Shown one piece after another: positions 1 through 8,837 of a stretch of DNA of 44,316 nt. The first letter of the stretch is position 1; each line of letters opens with the position of its first letter. The notes under the pieces were generated by a model. The model searched no databases and had not been told where the DNA came from. It saw nothing but the letters and a program-made list of their open reading frames with translations. Source of the stretch: Alphaproteobacteria bacterium (GTDB taxonomy: Bacteria; Pseudomonadota; Alphaproteobacteria; Rhodospirillales; UBA2165); contig CAUZTZ010000001.1 of assembly GCA_963582805.1 (NCBI GenBank), forward strand, positions 1 to 44,316, given 5' to 3'. Position numbers and translations under genes: made by a program.

Positions 1-359
1 TCCCATTTTTCGAATGCTTTTCGAAACACATAAAATGGACATCCAGCATCCGGGGCGGTTCCACCGCAGGTGGCGGAAGAATGAACTGCGCCTACGATCA
101 TTTCCGAGGTTTCGTTTTTGTTGAGATCGATGTAGGCCACAGAAACATTCTCGTCGAACTTCAATATTCCGTTTCCCATCCATTCACCAAGGATGGAATG
201 GTTATGAAGGAACTTGGAGATAAAAATTTTGTCGGCTCCGTGGTAAGGTATTGCCCAGTTTAAGGCTGTGCGCTGGGCGAATACTGGTTCCGGCCAAAAT
301 AATAGCAAGACCGGCCAGGCTAATCTAAATAATCGGCTGAGAGGATTGCGACTGGCCAT
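1..359 (-). CDS. Secreted hypothetical protein; C-terminus runs off the window edge (absent from the supplied ORF track, hand-translated)
   Basis: ATG at 359 (complement) stays open to position 1 in my manual translation: MASRNPLSRLFRLAWPVLLLFWPEPVFAQRTALNWAIPYHGADKIFISKF...ATCGGTAPDAGCPFYVFRKAFEKW. The N-terminus is hydrophobic and signal-like. It lies 70 nt downstream of the 429..1586 gene and is co-directional with it. The region is AT-richer than the core genes. Confidence 0.45.
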   Translation of the reverse strand, partial: MASRNPLSRLFRLAWPVLLLFWPEPVFAQRTALNWAIPYHGADKIFISKFLHNHSILGEWMGNGILKFDENVSVAYIDLNKNETSEMIVGAVHSSATCGGTAPDAGCPFYVFRKAFEKW

Positions 360-428
360 GATAGATTGGTTCAAATGTTTCGCGCAAAGATGTTGTGACA
401 ACCACAGGTTATTGTAATTACGATATGA

Positions 429-1586
429 CTACCTTTCATAGGGTACAGCCTGAAACTCCCGCAGTCTCGTCTCAATTTGCTTGAATTGTTTGGCGAGCCT
501 TGGGTCCAATTTTTGATAATTCGCTTTTGAATTACCTCCGTTTTTTGACAACCAATTAAAATATTCATTTACTCGGCTAGCGCCACGACGATGTGCCGCT
601 GCAATTAGGCCGCCCTGTGTAATTGTGATATCACCTTTGATCCCATTTATCTTGCCACCAATCTTGCCGCGCGCGTCGCCCAATTGGCCCCAAAGTTTGC
701 CGGTGAAATCGCCGAGGGCTGCGTTTTGAGCATCGGGGCTGGACAGGAAATCCTTATCGCTTTTAACGCCGCCTTTGCCGGTCCAGGTGCCGTCGGGGTG
801 TTTGTAACCGGCATCGACCAATGCCGAGGTGGTCATCTGATACCGACCGAGCGCTCGGTCGGTTACCCTGCCATCCGGGCCCTTGGTTTCGTTGACCGCG
901 CCCCAGCCCCGATTCGGCTCGCCGCCGGATTCTCGCTTGGCAATGGCGTCCGCAAATTCGGAATTGGGGCCGGGATTTGGCCTCGGAACCTCCGGCTTGC
1001 CGTCTGGTGGTGATTTAGACGCATCCGGCTTGGAAACATCCGGTTTGCGGTTCGGTGAGGGCGGCGTCCAGGGCGGCACTTTGCCGCTTCCGCCGGCAAC
1101 GCCGCTTGGCGGAATGACGGCGCGGCCGATCACGATGGGTTTAACCCCGCGCGATGGGGCTGCGCAGGGCTTGGGCGCGGGTCGTATCAAAGGCGGTATG
1201 GCGACCGGGCGGCGGTTGACCGGGACATGCGCCGGCGCCGATGCGGTCTTGACCAGGAACGGCCAGGGGTTGCCGTCGGCGCGGCCAAAGGGGTTGGACA
1301 CGGTGGCCGCCAGCGCCGGATCATCAAGTCGGGTGCGCATCATGTCGGCAAGCCGTCTTGCGGTGGGTCCGCTCGGGCGCATGACGCCATCAACGGCCAG
1401 ATCGCCGGCCTCCCGTTGCAGCCGTTCCACCCCGCCGATCACGTCCTCGGCGGTGTTGGTGGTCATACCTCGTTTCGGTGTCGGCATCAGGTCCAGGCGG
1501 CGCAGCGCGCGGTCCACAAGGTTCAAATCATCGGGATCATAAATGGCGCCCCGGCCAAAAAGCCGGTTGAGGGGTAGGACTTCCAT
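429..1586 (-). CDS. Peptidoglycan-binding-like domain / Pro-rich linker / lysozyme-like (lytic transglycosylase-like) domain protein with no signal peptide
   Basis: 385-aa ORF with ATG at 1586 preceded by AGGAGG. The N-terminal motif VERLQREAGDLAVDGVMRPSGPTARRL resembles PG_binding_1. A long P/K/S-rich linker follows. The C-terminal motifs AIAKRESGGEPN...ALGRYQM...AAAHRRG resemble the catalytic Glu and G-x-Y-Q of lysozyme-like/SLT/GH104-type folds. No N-terminal hydrophobic segment. Confidence 0.7.
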   Translation of the reverse strand: MEVLPLNRLFGRGAIYDPDDLNLVDRALRRLDLMPTPKRGMTTNTAEDVIGGVERLQREAGDLAVDGVMRPSGPTARRLADMMRTRLDDPALAATVSNPFGRADGNPWPFLVKTASAPAHVPVNRRPVAIPPLIRPAPKPCAAPSRGVKPIVIGRAVIPPSGVAGGSGKVPPWTPPSPNRKPDVSKPDASKSPPDGKPEVPRPNPGPNSEFADAIAKRESGGEPNRGWGAVNETKGPDGRVTDRALGRYQMTTSALVDAGYKHPDGTWTGKGGVKSDKDFLSSPDAQNAALGDFTGKLWGQLGDARGKIGGKINGIKGDITITQGGLIAAAHRRGASRVNEYFNWLSKNGGNSKANYQKLDPRLAKQFKQIETRLREFQAVPYER

Positions 1587-1718
1587 GAGAGCCTCCTTAG
1601 TATTTAAATAGGATTAAATATAATATATATATAATACATCGACATGTCAAGAACAAAATTGCAACAATGTTTTCAATTACTATCCACGCTTTCGGCGCTT
1701 GCCGCCCGAAAACTATGC

Positions 1719-1870
1719 CCGCGCGCAGCGCATTCATTCTTCTCTGTGATCTCTGTGATCTCTGTGATCTCTGTGATCTCTGTGATCTCTGTGAACTCTG
1801 TGTTGGAATCCCTTTTTCTTTCTTCTCTTCTCACTGTCTCAACGTCTCCCGTGGTTCAACTTCTTCTTGC
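1719..1870 (+). repeat. Dispersed repeat element, copy A (CCGCGCGCAGCGC ... CTCTGTG(NN) units ... TTGGAATCCC ... TCTCACTGTCTC ... GTGGTTCAAC TTCTT)
   Basis: Read by eye, it is collinear with the reverse complement of 35578..35716 and with 35704..35872, and partially with 38109..38150. It is intergenic, between the 429..1586 gene and the SRP RNA. Confidence 0.75.
1741..1802 (+). repeat. Perfect tandem array of a 9-bp unit TCTCTGTGA (6 copies plus the partial ACTCTGTG)
   Basis: Direct reading: tctctgtga x6 then actctgtg. Other copies of the element carry only about 3 units. Confidence 0.95.
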
Positions 1871-2041
1871 TGCTGGGGGCGCGCCCCATCGAGGTCGCGC
1901 ACGGGCCGACCATGCCAACCCCCGTGCGCTAGAGTATTGCGGCACCCGGCCTGCGCCATCCCCAGCCGGGCTGGCGTGTACCTCACGCTGTCTCCTATTC
2001 GGACTTGCGCGGCCTCCCCCCGGAACTGCTATAATCCACCC

Positions 2042-2141
2042 GGGAGGCCGGCTGCGGACGGTCGGCTCGCGAACCCGGTCAGGTCCGGAAGGAAGCAGCC
2101 GCAACGAGTTTCGCCCGGGTCGTCGGTCCGGTCTCCCACCC
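2042..2141 (+). ncRNA. ffs: Signal recognition particle RNA (small bacterial 4.5S type)
   Basis: Contains the universally conserved domain IV sequence GGUCAGGUCCGGAAGGAAGCAGCC (about 2076-2100). The 5' GGGAGGCCGG pairs with the 3' CCGGUCUCCC. It sits in the classic position immediately upstream of dnaX-ybaB-recR. Confidence 0.85.
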
Positions 2142-2176
2142 TAAACCGCCCGGCCCGTCCAATAAGGCGCCCCGCC

Positions 2177-3985
2177 ATGAACGAGACGATAGAACCGGCC
2201 TCCTCGCCCAGCGATGATCCGGCGGCCGCCGAGCCGGAATATCAGGTCCTGGCGCGCACCACCCGGCCGCAGACCTTTGCCGATCTGGTCGGCCAGGAGG
2301 CCATGGTGCGCACCCTCACCAATGCCTTCGATTCGGGGCGCCTCGCCCATGCCTTCATCCTCACCGGGGTGCGCGGCGTCGGCAAAACCACCACCGCCCG
2401 CATCATTGCCCGCGCCCTCAATTGCGTCGGGCCGGATGGCAATGGCGCACCGACCATCACACCCTGCGGGATATGCGAATTTTGCGTATCCATCGCCGAG
2501 GACCGGCAGGTCGACGTGCGGGAAATCGATGCCGCAAGCCACACCGGCGTCGAAAATATGAGAGAAATAATCGATGGCGTGCGTTACCGGCCGGTTTCGG
2601 CGCGCTACAAGATCTATATTATCGACGAAGTACACATGTTGTCGGGTCACTCCTTCAACGCATTGCTGAAAACCCTGGAAGAGCCGCCCGAACACGTCAA
2701 GTTTATTTTCGCCACCACCGAAATTCGCAAAGTGCCGGTGACCGTGCTGTCGCGCTGCCAGCGATTCGATCTTCGCCGGGTCGAGGTGGAAACCTTGATC
2801 CGCCATTTCACCGGCATCGCCGAAAAAGAGCAGGCCCGCTTAAGCGCCGAGGCCGTGGCCATGATTGCCCGCGCCGCCGATGGCAGCGTCCGCGACGGTC
2901 TCAGTCTTCTCGACCAAGTGTTGGCGATCGGCGCCGGCGCCGAGACGGAGCTTGGCGAGGACGACGTGCGCGCCATGCTTGGCCTCGCCGACCGGGAAGG
3001 CTCGTTCGATTTGTTGGAGCGCATCATGCAAGGCGACATCTCCGGCGCGCTGGACAAACTGGACGCCGATTATCAGAGCGGCGCCGATCCGTTGATCATC
3101 TTGCAGGACCTGTTGGGCGTGGTCCATTGGCAGACCCGCATCAAGGTCTCGCCGGCGGTTCTCGATGAGCCCGGCGCCGCCGAAATTGACAAAACGCGCG
3201 GCGCCCAATTGAACGACAAGCTAACCATGGCGGTGCTGACCCGCGCCTGGCAGATGCTGCTCAAGGGCGTCGCCGAGGTGCAGTCGGCGCCGGCGCCGAT
3301 CCAGGCCGCCGAAATGCTGCTCATCCGGCTTGCCTATATGGCCGATCTGCCGTCGCCGGCGGACGCGGTCAAGGCGCTGCAATCTTCGCCGGCCACGCCC
3401 GCCGCGCCGGGCCCAGCAACCGCCCCATCTCAAGCGCCACCGCCGCCATCCACCAGCGCCGGCGGCGCCCAATCGGCGATAGCCGTGCAAACGCAGCCCG
3501 CTGCGGAGCCGGAAGCCACGTCCGCACCCGCCCCGCAAAACTTCAACGACATTATTCAGCTTGCCGATGCAGCCAACGAGCGCATCTTGAAGACCGAACT
3601 GGAAGGCCAGGTGCATCTGGTGAGCTTCCAGCCGGGCGCTATCGAAATTCGTCTTGGGGAAGGCGCCGCGTCTGATCTATCCAGCCGCTTATCCAAATTT
3701 TTGGCGGAACAGACCGGCGCGCGCTGGATGGTGACCCTGGCCAAGGAAGGCGGCGCCGAGACCGTCGCCCAGCAATCGGACTCCGCCGCCCGCGACCGGC
3801 TTGGCGAAGTTGAACGCCACCCGGTGGTGCGCTCGATCATGGCAACATTTCCCGGCGCCGAAATCGAAAGCGTGCGCTCCATCGGTGGCGCCGGAGCGCA
3901 GCATTCGGGCGCTGACAATTCCGGCGGCGAAGACCAGGACGACGGAGACACGGACGAAGACACGGAAGGAAACATGGAGCCATGA
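2177..3985 (+). CDS. dnaX: DNA polymerase III subunit gamma/tau
   Basis: Motifs FADLVGQEAMVRTLTNAFDSGRLAHAFILTGVRGVGKTTTARIIA, Zn module C..C..C, IYIIDEVHMLS and SRCQRF. The start is set at MNETIEP because the upstream part of the 1667 ORF runs through the repeat and the SRP RNA. Confidence 0.93.
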   Translation: MNETIEPASSPSDDPAAAEPEYQVLARTTRPQTFADLVGQEAMVRTLTNAFDSGRLAHAFILTGVRGVGKTTTARIIARALNCVGPDGNGAPTITPCGICEFCVSIAEDRQVDVREIDAASHTGVENMREIIDGVRYRPVSARYKIYIIDEVHMLSGHSFNALLKTLEEPPEHVKFIFATTEIRKVPVTVLSRCQRFDLRRVEVETLIRHFTGIAEKEQARLSAEAVAMIARAADGSVRDGLSLLDQVLAIGAGAETELGEDDVRAMLGLADREGSFDLLERIMQGDISGALDKLDADYQSGADPLIILQDLLGVVHWQTRIKVSPAVLDEPGAAEIDKTRGAQLNDKLTMAVLTRAWQMLLKGVAEVQSAPAPIQAAEMLLIRLAYMADLPSPADAVKALQSSPATPAAPGPATAPSQAPPPPSTSAGGAQSAIAVQTQPAAEPEATSAPAPQNFNDIIQLADAANERILKTELEGQVHLVSFQPGAIEIRLGEGAASDLSSRLSKFLAEQTGARWMVTLAKEGGAETVAQQSDSAARDRLGEVERHPVVRSIMATFPGAEIESVRSIGGAGAQHSGADNSGGEDQDDGDTDEDTEGNMEP

Positions 3986-4305
3986 AGAATCTCAGCCAGA
4001 TGATGCAGCAGGCGCAGGAGATGCAGGCCAAGATGGCCGAAATGCAGGAACAGTTGTCGTCCACCGAAGTGACCGGCTCGGCCGGCGGCGGCATGATCCA
4101 GATAACCATGTCCGGCAAGAACGAGGCGCGCCATTTGAAGATCGATCCGGCCCTGATTGACCCGGGCGAGGCCGAGGTTCTGCAAGATTTGATCGTCGCC
4201 GCCATCAACGATGCCCGCGCCAAGGCCGAGACCGCGGCGGCGGAGAAAATGAGCGATCTGACCGGCGGGCTGCAATTGCCGCCGGGCTTCAAGCTGCCCT
4301 TTTGA
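3982..4305 (+). CDS. ybaB: YbaB/EbfC family nucleoid-associated protein
   Basis: 107 aa beginning MKNLSQMMQQAQEMQAKMAEMQEQL... Its ATGA overlaps the dnaX stop. Canonical dnaX-ybaB-recR synteny. Confidence 0.9.
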   Translation: MKNLSQMMQQAQEMQAKMAEMQEQLSSTEVTGSAGGGMIQITMSGKNEARHLKIDPALIDPGEAEVLQDLIVAAINDARAKAETAAAEKMSDLTGGLQLPPGFKLPF

Positions 4306-4334
4306 GCCTTTAGCCATCCCGGCCGAACCCAGCC

Positions 4335-4928
4335 ATGAACATTTCCGACATCGACCGTCTGATCCAAATGCTGGCCAAGCTGCCGGGGCTCGGCCCGCGC
4401 TCGGCGCGGCGCGCGGCGCTGGCCCTGATCAACAATCCCGATGCGGTCATGCGCCCGCTGGCCCAGGCGCTGACATCGGCGGCGGACAACGTCAAAGCCT
4501 GTTCCCGCTGCGGCAATCTGGACACCACCGATATTTGCGCCATCTGCACCGATCCCAGGCGCGACGGAGCGCTGGTTTGCGTTGTCGAGCAGGTCGGCGA
4601 TCTCTGGGCGCTGGAACGGGGCGCCACCTTTGGCGGCCATTATCATGTGCTCGGCGGCGTATTGTCGCCGCTCGACGGTATCGGTCCCGACGATCTGGCC
4701 ATCGACGCGCTGGTGGCGCGCTCGAAAGACGCGGCGGTAACCGAGATTATCCTGGCCACCAGCGCCACCGTCGATGGCCGCACCACCGCCCATTATATCT
4801 CCGAGCGGCTGGAGGGCTCAGGTGCCAAAATCACCGTTCTGGCCCACGGCATCCCGGTGGGCGGCGAGTTGGACTATCTGGACGACGGCACCCTGGCCGC
4901 CGCCCTGCGCGACCGGCACACGGTGTAA
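4335..4928 (+). CDS. recR: Recombination protein RecR
   Basis: [14 protein letters not shown] helix-hairpin-helix, CSRCGNL...CAICTD zinc finger and a Toprim region. Confidence 0.93.
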   Translation: MNISDIDRLIQMLAKLPGLGPRSARRAALALINNPDAVMRPLAQALTSAADNVKACSRCGNLDTTDICAICTDPRRDGALVCVVEQVGDLWALERGATFGGHYHVLGGVLSPLDGIGPDDLAIDALVARSKDAAVTEIILATSATVDGRTTAHYISERLEGSGAKITVLAHGIPVGGELDYLDDGTLAAALRDRHTV

Positions 4929-4999
4929 CCGGGACAGAGGGTAACCGGGACACGGTGGAACCGGTACAGAGGGTGACCGGCAAAGGGACGGAGGCGGCT

Positions 5000-5638
5000 A
5001 TGAAACTAGGTTTGGACGAGGTCAGCCCGGCGGTGGTCGCCATCGATCTGCACCGGGGGCATCTTGATATGGCGGTCGCGACCCTGCCGGCGCCGGCCGA
5101 TCTGGCGGCCAAGGTGGTTGCCGCCAATCAGCGCTTTAACGAGCACTGCCGGGCGCGCGGCATTCCGATCATCCATGTTGTCTCCCAATATCGCGACCCA
5201 TCCGAGACCGCCGGCAATCCGTTCTGGCGCACCAAGGTGGATCAGGCCGGCGATACCCGCAAAAACCAGTTCCGCCATAATCTGGCCGGCAGCCCCGGGC
5301 TTGAGATCATGCCCGGCCTTTATGAAGACGGCGATCTGGTGATCGACAGCAAAAAGCGTAAAGACTGTTTCTTCGCCACGGATCTGGATTTTGCCTTGCG
5401 CGCGCGGGCGGTGAACACGCTTTTAATCACCGGCGTCAACACCAATTCCTGCGTGCTGGCGACGGCGGCGACGGCCAATAGCCTCGATTACCTGCCCATC
5501 GTTGTTGAAGATTGCACCGGCTCCATGGATGGCACCGAGGCCCACGCCGCCGCGCTTCTCTGCATCAAAACGGCGCTCGGCTTTACGCTGAATTCAGACG
5601 CCGTGTTCGATACCCTGGACGAAAATAGCGGCGCTTAA
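5000..5638 (+). CDS. Isochorismatase-family cysteine hydrolase
   Basis: ATG at 5000 follows GGAGG. Catalytic-type D (VAIDLH), K (SKKRKDCF) and C (GVNTNSCVLATA) are present. The N-terminal part of the 4535 ORF overlaps recR and was discarded. Confidence 0.72.
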   Translation: MKLGLDEVSPAVVAIDLHRGHLDMAVATLPAPADLAAKVVAANQRFNEHCRARGIPIIHVVSQYRDPSETAGNPFWRTKVDQAGDTRKNQFRHNLAGSPGLEIMPGLYEDGDLVIDSKKRKDCFFATDLDFALRARAVNTLLITGVNTNSCVLATAATANSLDYLPIVVEDCTGSMDGTEAHAAALLCIKTALGFTLNSDAVFDTLDENSGA

Positions 5639-5658
5639 TCGCGCATTATATCCCGGCG

Positions 5659-5922
5659 CTATTCGCGCATGGTCTCTTCGGCGATCTCGCGCATGCGGTC
5701 TTCGGCGCGTTCCTTGTGCACCAGATAGATCGCGTGGACCACGGCGATGATCCAAAGCGGGCTCGAAATGAAGCTGCCGAGGCCAAAGCTGAACACAAAT
5801 ATTACAATGCTTAAGCCCCAGGGGATGGCGTTGAAGATTGCGTGAAATAGACGCCCCGACAGCAGCAATGCCAGCGGTGGTACGATAATCGCCACAAGAT
5901 ACATCATCGGCTCGGCCCCCAT
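5659..5922 (-). CDS. Small integral membrane protein (two predicted TM helices); start uncertain
   Basis: Hydrophobic segments YLVAIIVPPLALLLSG and GLSIVIFVFSFGLGSFI..LWIIAVVHAIYL, with a charged C-tail. Candidate ATGs at 5922, 5907 and 5904. Confidence 0.5.
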   Translation of the reverse strand: MGAEPMMYLVAIIVPPLALLLSGRLFHAIFNAIPWGLSIVIFVFSFGLGSFISSPLWIIAVVHAIYLVHKERAEDRMREIAEETMRE

Positions 5923-6046
5923 TTGATAATTGCCGGCTCCAGGCTGACCCCAGGTGATCCTGGATGCAACACGGAATTTCAAGTGCTTGGAAGCGATGCA
6001 AGGGTTTTATAGACTGGCGCCAGCCCATTGCCTCGGAGCCCGGCCC

Positions 6047-6310
6047 ATGTCCAACTCCATGTCCAACCCGATCGGCACCATCATCAAGCTTTTGGTCGCA
6101 TCGCTGATTGTCGGCTGGATCTTGAAGGCGCTCAATCTGGACGCAAGCGATCTGCTGGATTCCCTGGGCGGTTTTGCCGACACGCTCATGAATATTTTCG
6201 CCGGCTTCGTTGGCTGGGCGGCGGGACCGATCCTGGTCGGCGCCGTAATCGTGGTTCCCATCTGGCTGATCCGCGTCATTTGGAAAAGAGCCGCCGAGCG
6301 CCGCGGATAG
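6047..6310 (+). CDS. Small integral membrane protein (two predicted TM helices)
   Basis: MSNSMSNPIGTIIKLLVASLIVGWILKAL ... AAGPILVGAVIVVPIWLIRVIW followed by a basic tail. It is divergent from the preceding small membrane gene. Confidence 0.5.
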   Translation: MSNSMSNPIGTIIKLLVASLIVGWILKALNLDASDLLDSLGGFADTLMNIFAGFVGWAAGPILVGAVIVVPIWLIRVIWKRAAERRG

Positions 6311-6328
6311 GGCAACAGGGAGGATGCA

Positions 6329-7357
6329 ATGGCTCACAAAAAGGCAATCGTAATCGCGACGGCAGAGGGCCCATTCCTGGGCGTGGTTAATGGCGGCGGC
6401 GGCGAGGCACGGCGCCTTGGCCTCGAAGGCAAAGGCCCGGTGCGCGCCGTCATCCATGATCATAAAGAAGCCGGGCGCCTGTATGCGGCGACATTGCTTG
6501 CAGGTGTCTGGCGCAGCGACGACGGCGGCGCCACCTGGTTCGAGATCAATAACGGCATCTTGTACCGGCACGGCTTCTGCATTGTTCAGCATCCCATGAC
6601 CGGAGAGCTGTATTACGGATCGGAGCCGGCGTCGGTGTTCAAGAGCAATGATTACGGGATGAGCTGGCACCTATGCCAAGGTCTGCAACGGCTTTCGGGG
6701 CGCGACGATTGGACCTTTCCCAACCCGCCCCACGTCGCCCATGTGCGCGGTCTGGGATTGTGCGCGGCGGACCCGCTGGTGATCTTCGGCGCCGTCGAGG
6801 AAGGCTGGGTGGTGCGGTCCACCGACGGCGGCGAAACCTGGGCAAACTGCAAACAGGGCGCCCATTTCGATGGCCACACGGTCACCGTGATGCCCGATGA
6901 TCCGTCCGTGGTTATCGAAACCGCCGGGCGCGGCGCTTATCGCAGCGACGACGGCGGCGACAGCTTTATCGAAGCCAACGACGGGCTCGAACACAGCTAT
7001 CTTGCGCATCTGGCGGTGCACCCGGGGCGGCCGCAAGTCCTGTTCACGGCGGGCGCATCGGTGCCGCCGCCGGGCTGGCGCCGGCCCGAAGGCCCCGGCT
7101 GCGGCTTTTACCGCAGTGACGATCAGGGGCGCAGCTGGTCACGTCGCACAAACGGCTTGCCGGACGCTATCGCCATGGCTGCGCCGCGCGCCGTTGCCAG
7201 CGATCCGGCGGACCCGGACGGCTTCTATTTCGGGCTCAGCGACGGCACCGTATGGGCAACCAGCGATAGCGGCGAGACCTTCTTCCAGGCGTTCGGCGGC
7301 CTGCCCGACGTGTTCGGGATCCAAGTCGCGCCGGACGCTTCGGCGATGGCCGTTTAA
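6329..7357 (+). CDS. BNR/Asp-box repeat (sialidase-like beta-propeller) protein with no signal peptide
   Basis: Repeated S-x-D-x-G-x-(T/S)-(W/F) boxes: RSDDGGATW, KSNDYGMSW, RSTDGGETW, RSDDGGDSF, RSDDQGRSW, TSDSGETF. GGGAGGA lies ahead of the ATG. Confidence 0.75.
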   Translation: MAHKKAIVIATAEGPFLGVVNGGGGEARRLGLEGKGPVRAVIHDHKEAGRLYAATLLAGVWRSDDGGATWFEINNGILYRHGFCIVQHPMTGELYYGSEPASVFKSNDYGMSWHLCQGLQRLSGRDDWTFPNPPHVAHVRGLGLCAADPLVIFGAVEEGWVVRSTDGGETWANCKQGAHFDGHTVTVMPDDPSVVIETAGRGAYRSDDGGDSFIEANDGLEHSYLAHLAVHPGRPQVLFTAGASVPPPGWRRPEGPGCGFYRSDDQGRSWSRRTNGLPDAIAMAAPRAVASDPADPDGFYFGLSDGTVWATSDSGETFFQAFGGLPDVFGIQVAPDASAMAV

Positions 7358-7433
7358 GCAATCTTATTCGCTCATAATTCGGGAAGCGGAATACGAGTAA
7401 TTTGTCATTTTATAAATTCAGAGAGGAGCCATC

Positions 7434-8066
7434 ATGCCAGACGATATTACCGATGCGAAGACACCGTTGATCGGCGCTACAACCGATCCAGACAATTTGG
7501 CCGGCGGCGAGGAAGGGTACGGAAACGCCCGAACCATCTCGGCCGACGAATACTTCCAGCGCATGCGGCACACGCCTGTTCGCCCATGCCGTTGGCGGGC
7601 CGAAGACTGGCAGGCGGAGTTGGCCGAGCTGGGAAAAGACCCGATCCGCCACGCCGAGCGGCGTTTCGTCAGCCTGGTTAACGAGGATCATGGGGAACTG
7701 GCGGGCGCCGCACCGGGAATATTCATTGGCATTCAACTTATCCATCCTGGCGAACTGGTTCCCCATCATCGCCATAACTCGGTGGCCATCTACCACTATC
7801 TTCAAGGCACCGGATTCACCACGGTCGAAGGCGTTCGTTATCCCTTCAAGCAAGGCGATACAATCGTATGCCCGGCCTGGGCCTATCATGAGCACGAGGC
7901 GACGGGCGATGAAGACGTGATCATGTATGTATGCCAGGACATGCCCGATATGGCGGCCAAACGAACTTTGTTTTTCGAAGAACCGGTCGGCGTGGAGAAT
8001 GTCCGTCACATGGTCGAAGGAACGTCGAAATCTTGGAGCGCTACTCGCGATCCGGACGCCGATTAA
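7434..8066 (+). CDS. Monocupin protein, gentisate-1,2-dioxygenase-like metal site
   Basis: PHHRHNSVAIYHYLQGTGFTTVEGVRYPFKQGDTIVCPAWAYHEHE matches the HRH...G.G...GD...P.W.WH.H cupin pattern. Confidence 0.7.
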   Translation: MPDDITDAKTPLIGATTDPDNLAGGEEGYGNARTISADEYFQRMRHTPVRPCRWRAEDWQAELAELGKDPIRHAERRFVSLVNEDHGELAGAAPGIFIGIQLIHPGELVPHHRHNSVAIYHYLQGTGFTTVEGVRYPFKQGDTIVCPAWAYHEHEATGDEDVIMYVCQDMPDMAAKRTLFFEEPVGVENVRHMVEGTSKSWSATRDPDAD

Positions 8067-8090
8067 CCGCAAACCAGAGAGAGGCTTGAT

Positions 8091-8822
8091 ATGGCAGAGA
8101 TACCGGTTGCTTACGAATATGACGGCGCACCGTTCGAAGGCATGGTCGTCTATGACGACAGTATTACCGGCAAGCGCCCTTCGGTTTTTATGCAGCCCGA
8201 TTGGTTCGGCGTCTGCCGCCACACTATCGATATGGCCATGGACGTCGCCGGCCAGGACTATGTGGTCATGGTCGCCGATATGTTCGGCGCCGGCTATGGG
8301 ATAAAGGAAAAGACCTTCGAGGAATTAGGAACCGCAGCCCGCGGCACCCGCGCCGATGTGCCGTTTATCCTCGGGTGCGGCGCCGTGGCCAACGCAGCGC
8401 TGACCGCCGCTGCCAACGAATTGGACCTCATCGATGCCGATAAGGCGGCCGCCATCGGCTATTGCATGGGCGGCGGATTTGCCCTCGAACAGGTGCGCGC
8501 CGGCGCCGATTTCAAGGCAACCGTGGTGTTCCACGTCACCGCCCCCAACCCGGTCGATCCCGAACCCAAAGCCAACTTCAAGGGGCGCGTATTGGCCTTG
8601 CACGGCGGCGCCGATCCGGTGACCCCCGCGGCGCAAATGGAAGCGCTGGCGGCCGAGCTTACCGAAGCCGAAGTTGACTGGCAGGTGACGACGTTCGGCC
8701 ACGCCATGCACTCGTTCTGCGTCGAGGGCACCAACAACCCGGCGGGTGGGTCGCTCTATGACGAGGCGTTGTGCCAGAAATCCTACCGCATGATGCGCGA
8801 CTTTTTCGCCGAGACCTTTTGA
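8091..8822 (+). CDS. Dienelactone hydrolase family protein
   Basis: Alpha/beta-hydrolase pattern IGYCMGGGFAL (nucleophile Cys elbow), LALHGGADPVTP and FGHAMHSF. Confidence 0.75.
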   Translation: MAEIPVAYEYDGAPFEGMVVYDDSITGKRPSVFMQPDWFGVCRHTIDMAMDVAGQDYVVMVADMFGAGYGIKEKTFEELGTAARGTRADVPFILGCGAVANAALTAAANELDLIDADKAAAIGYCMGGGFALEQVRAGADFKATVVFHVTAPNPVDPEPKANFKGRVLALHGGADPVTPAAQMEALAAELTEAEVDWQVTTFGHAMHSFCVEGTNNPAGGSLYDEALCQKSYRMMRDFFAETF

Positions 8823-8837
8823 GCCCGGCGCCGCGAT

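Noticed and set aside
1741-1802. Possible CRISPR array
   Set aside because: The 9-bp units are directly abutting with no spacers, there are no cas genes, and the same unit is part of a dispersed element.
1644-2176. The long N-terminal extension of the dnaX ORF (1667 start) and the overlapping 166-aa ORF (1644..2144), including SVISVISVIS / LCDLCDLCDL peptide repeats
   Set aside because: These frames run straight through the 9-bp tandem repeat and the SRP RNA gene. The DnaX homology begins only after MNETIEP (2177). The repeats are DNA-level elements, not coding sequence.
2177-3985. Programmed -1 frameshift site in dnaX (E. coli-type A AAA AAG heptamer)
   Set aside because: I did not see the slippery heptamer with a downstream hairpin when reading the gene by eye. 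This was not a rigorous scan, so I make no claim.
4535-4999. N-terminal 155 aa of the 367-aa ORF overlapping recR
   Set aside because: It is an Arg-rich out-of-frame overlap with RecR. The isochorismatase homology starts at the ATG at 5000, which has its own GGAGG.
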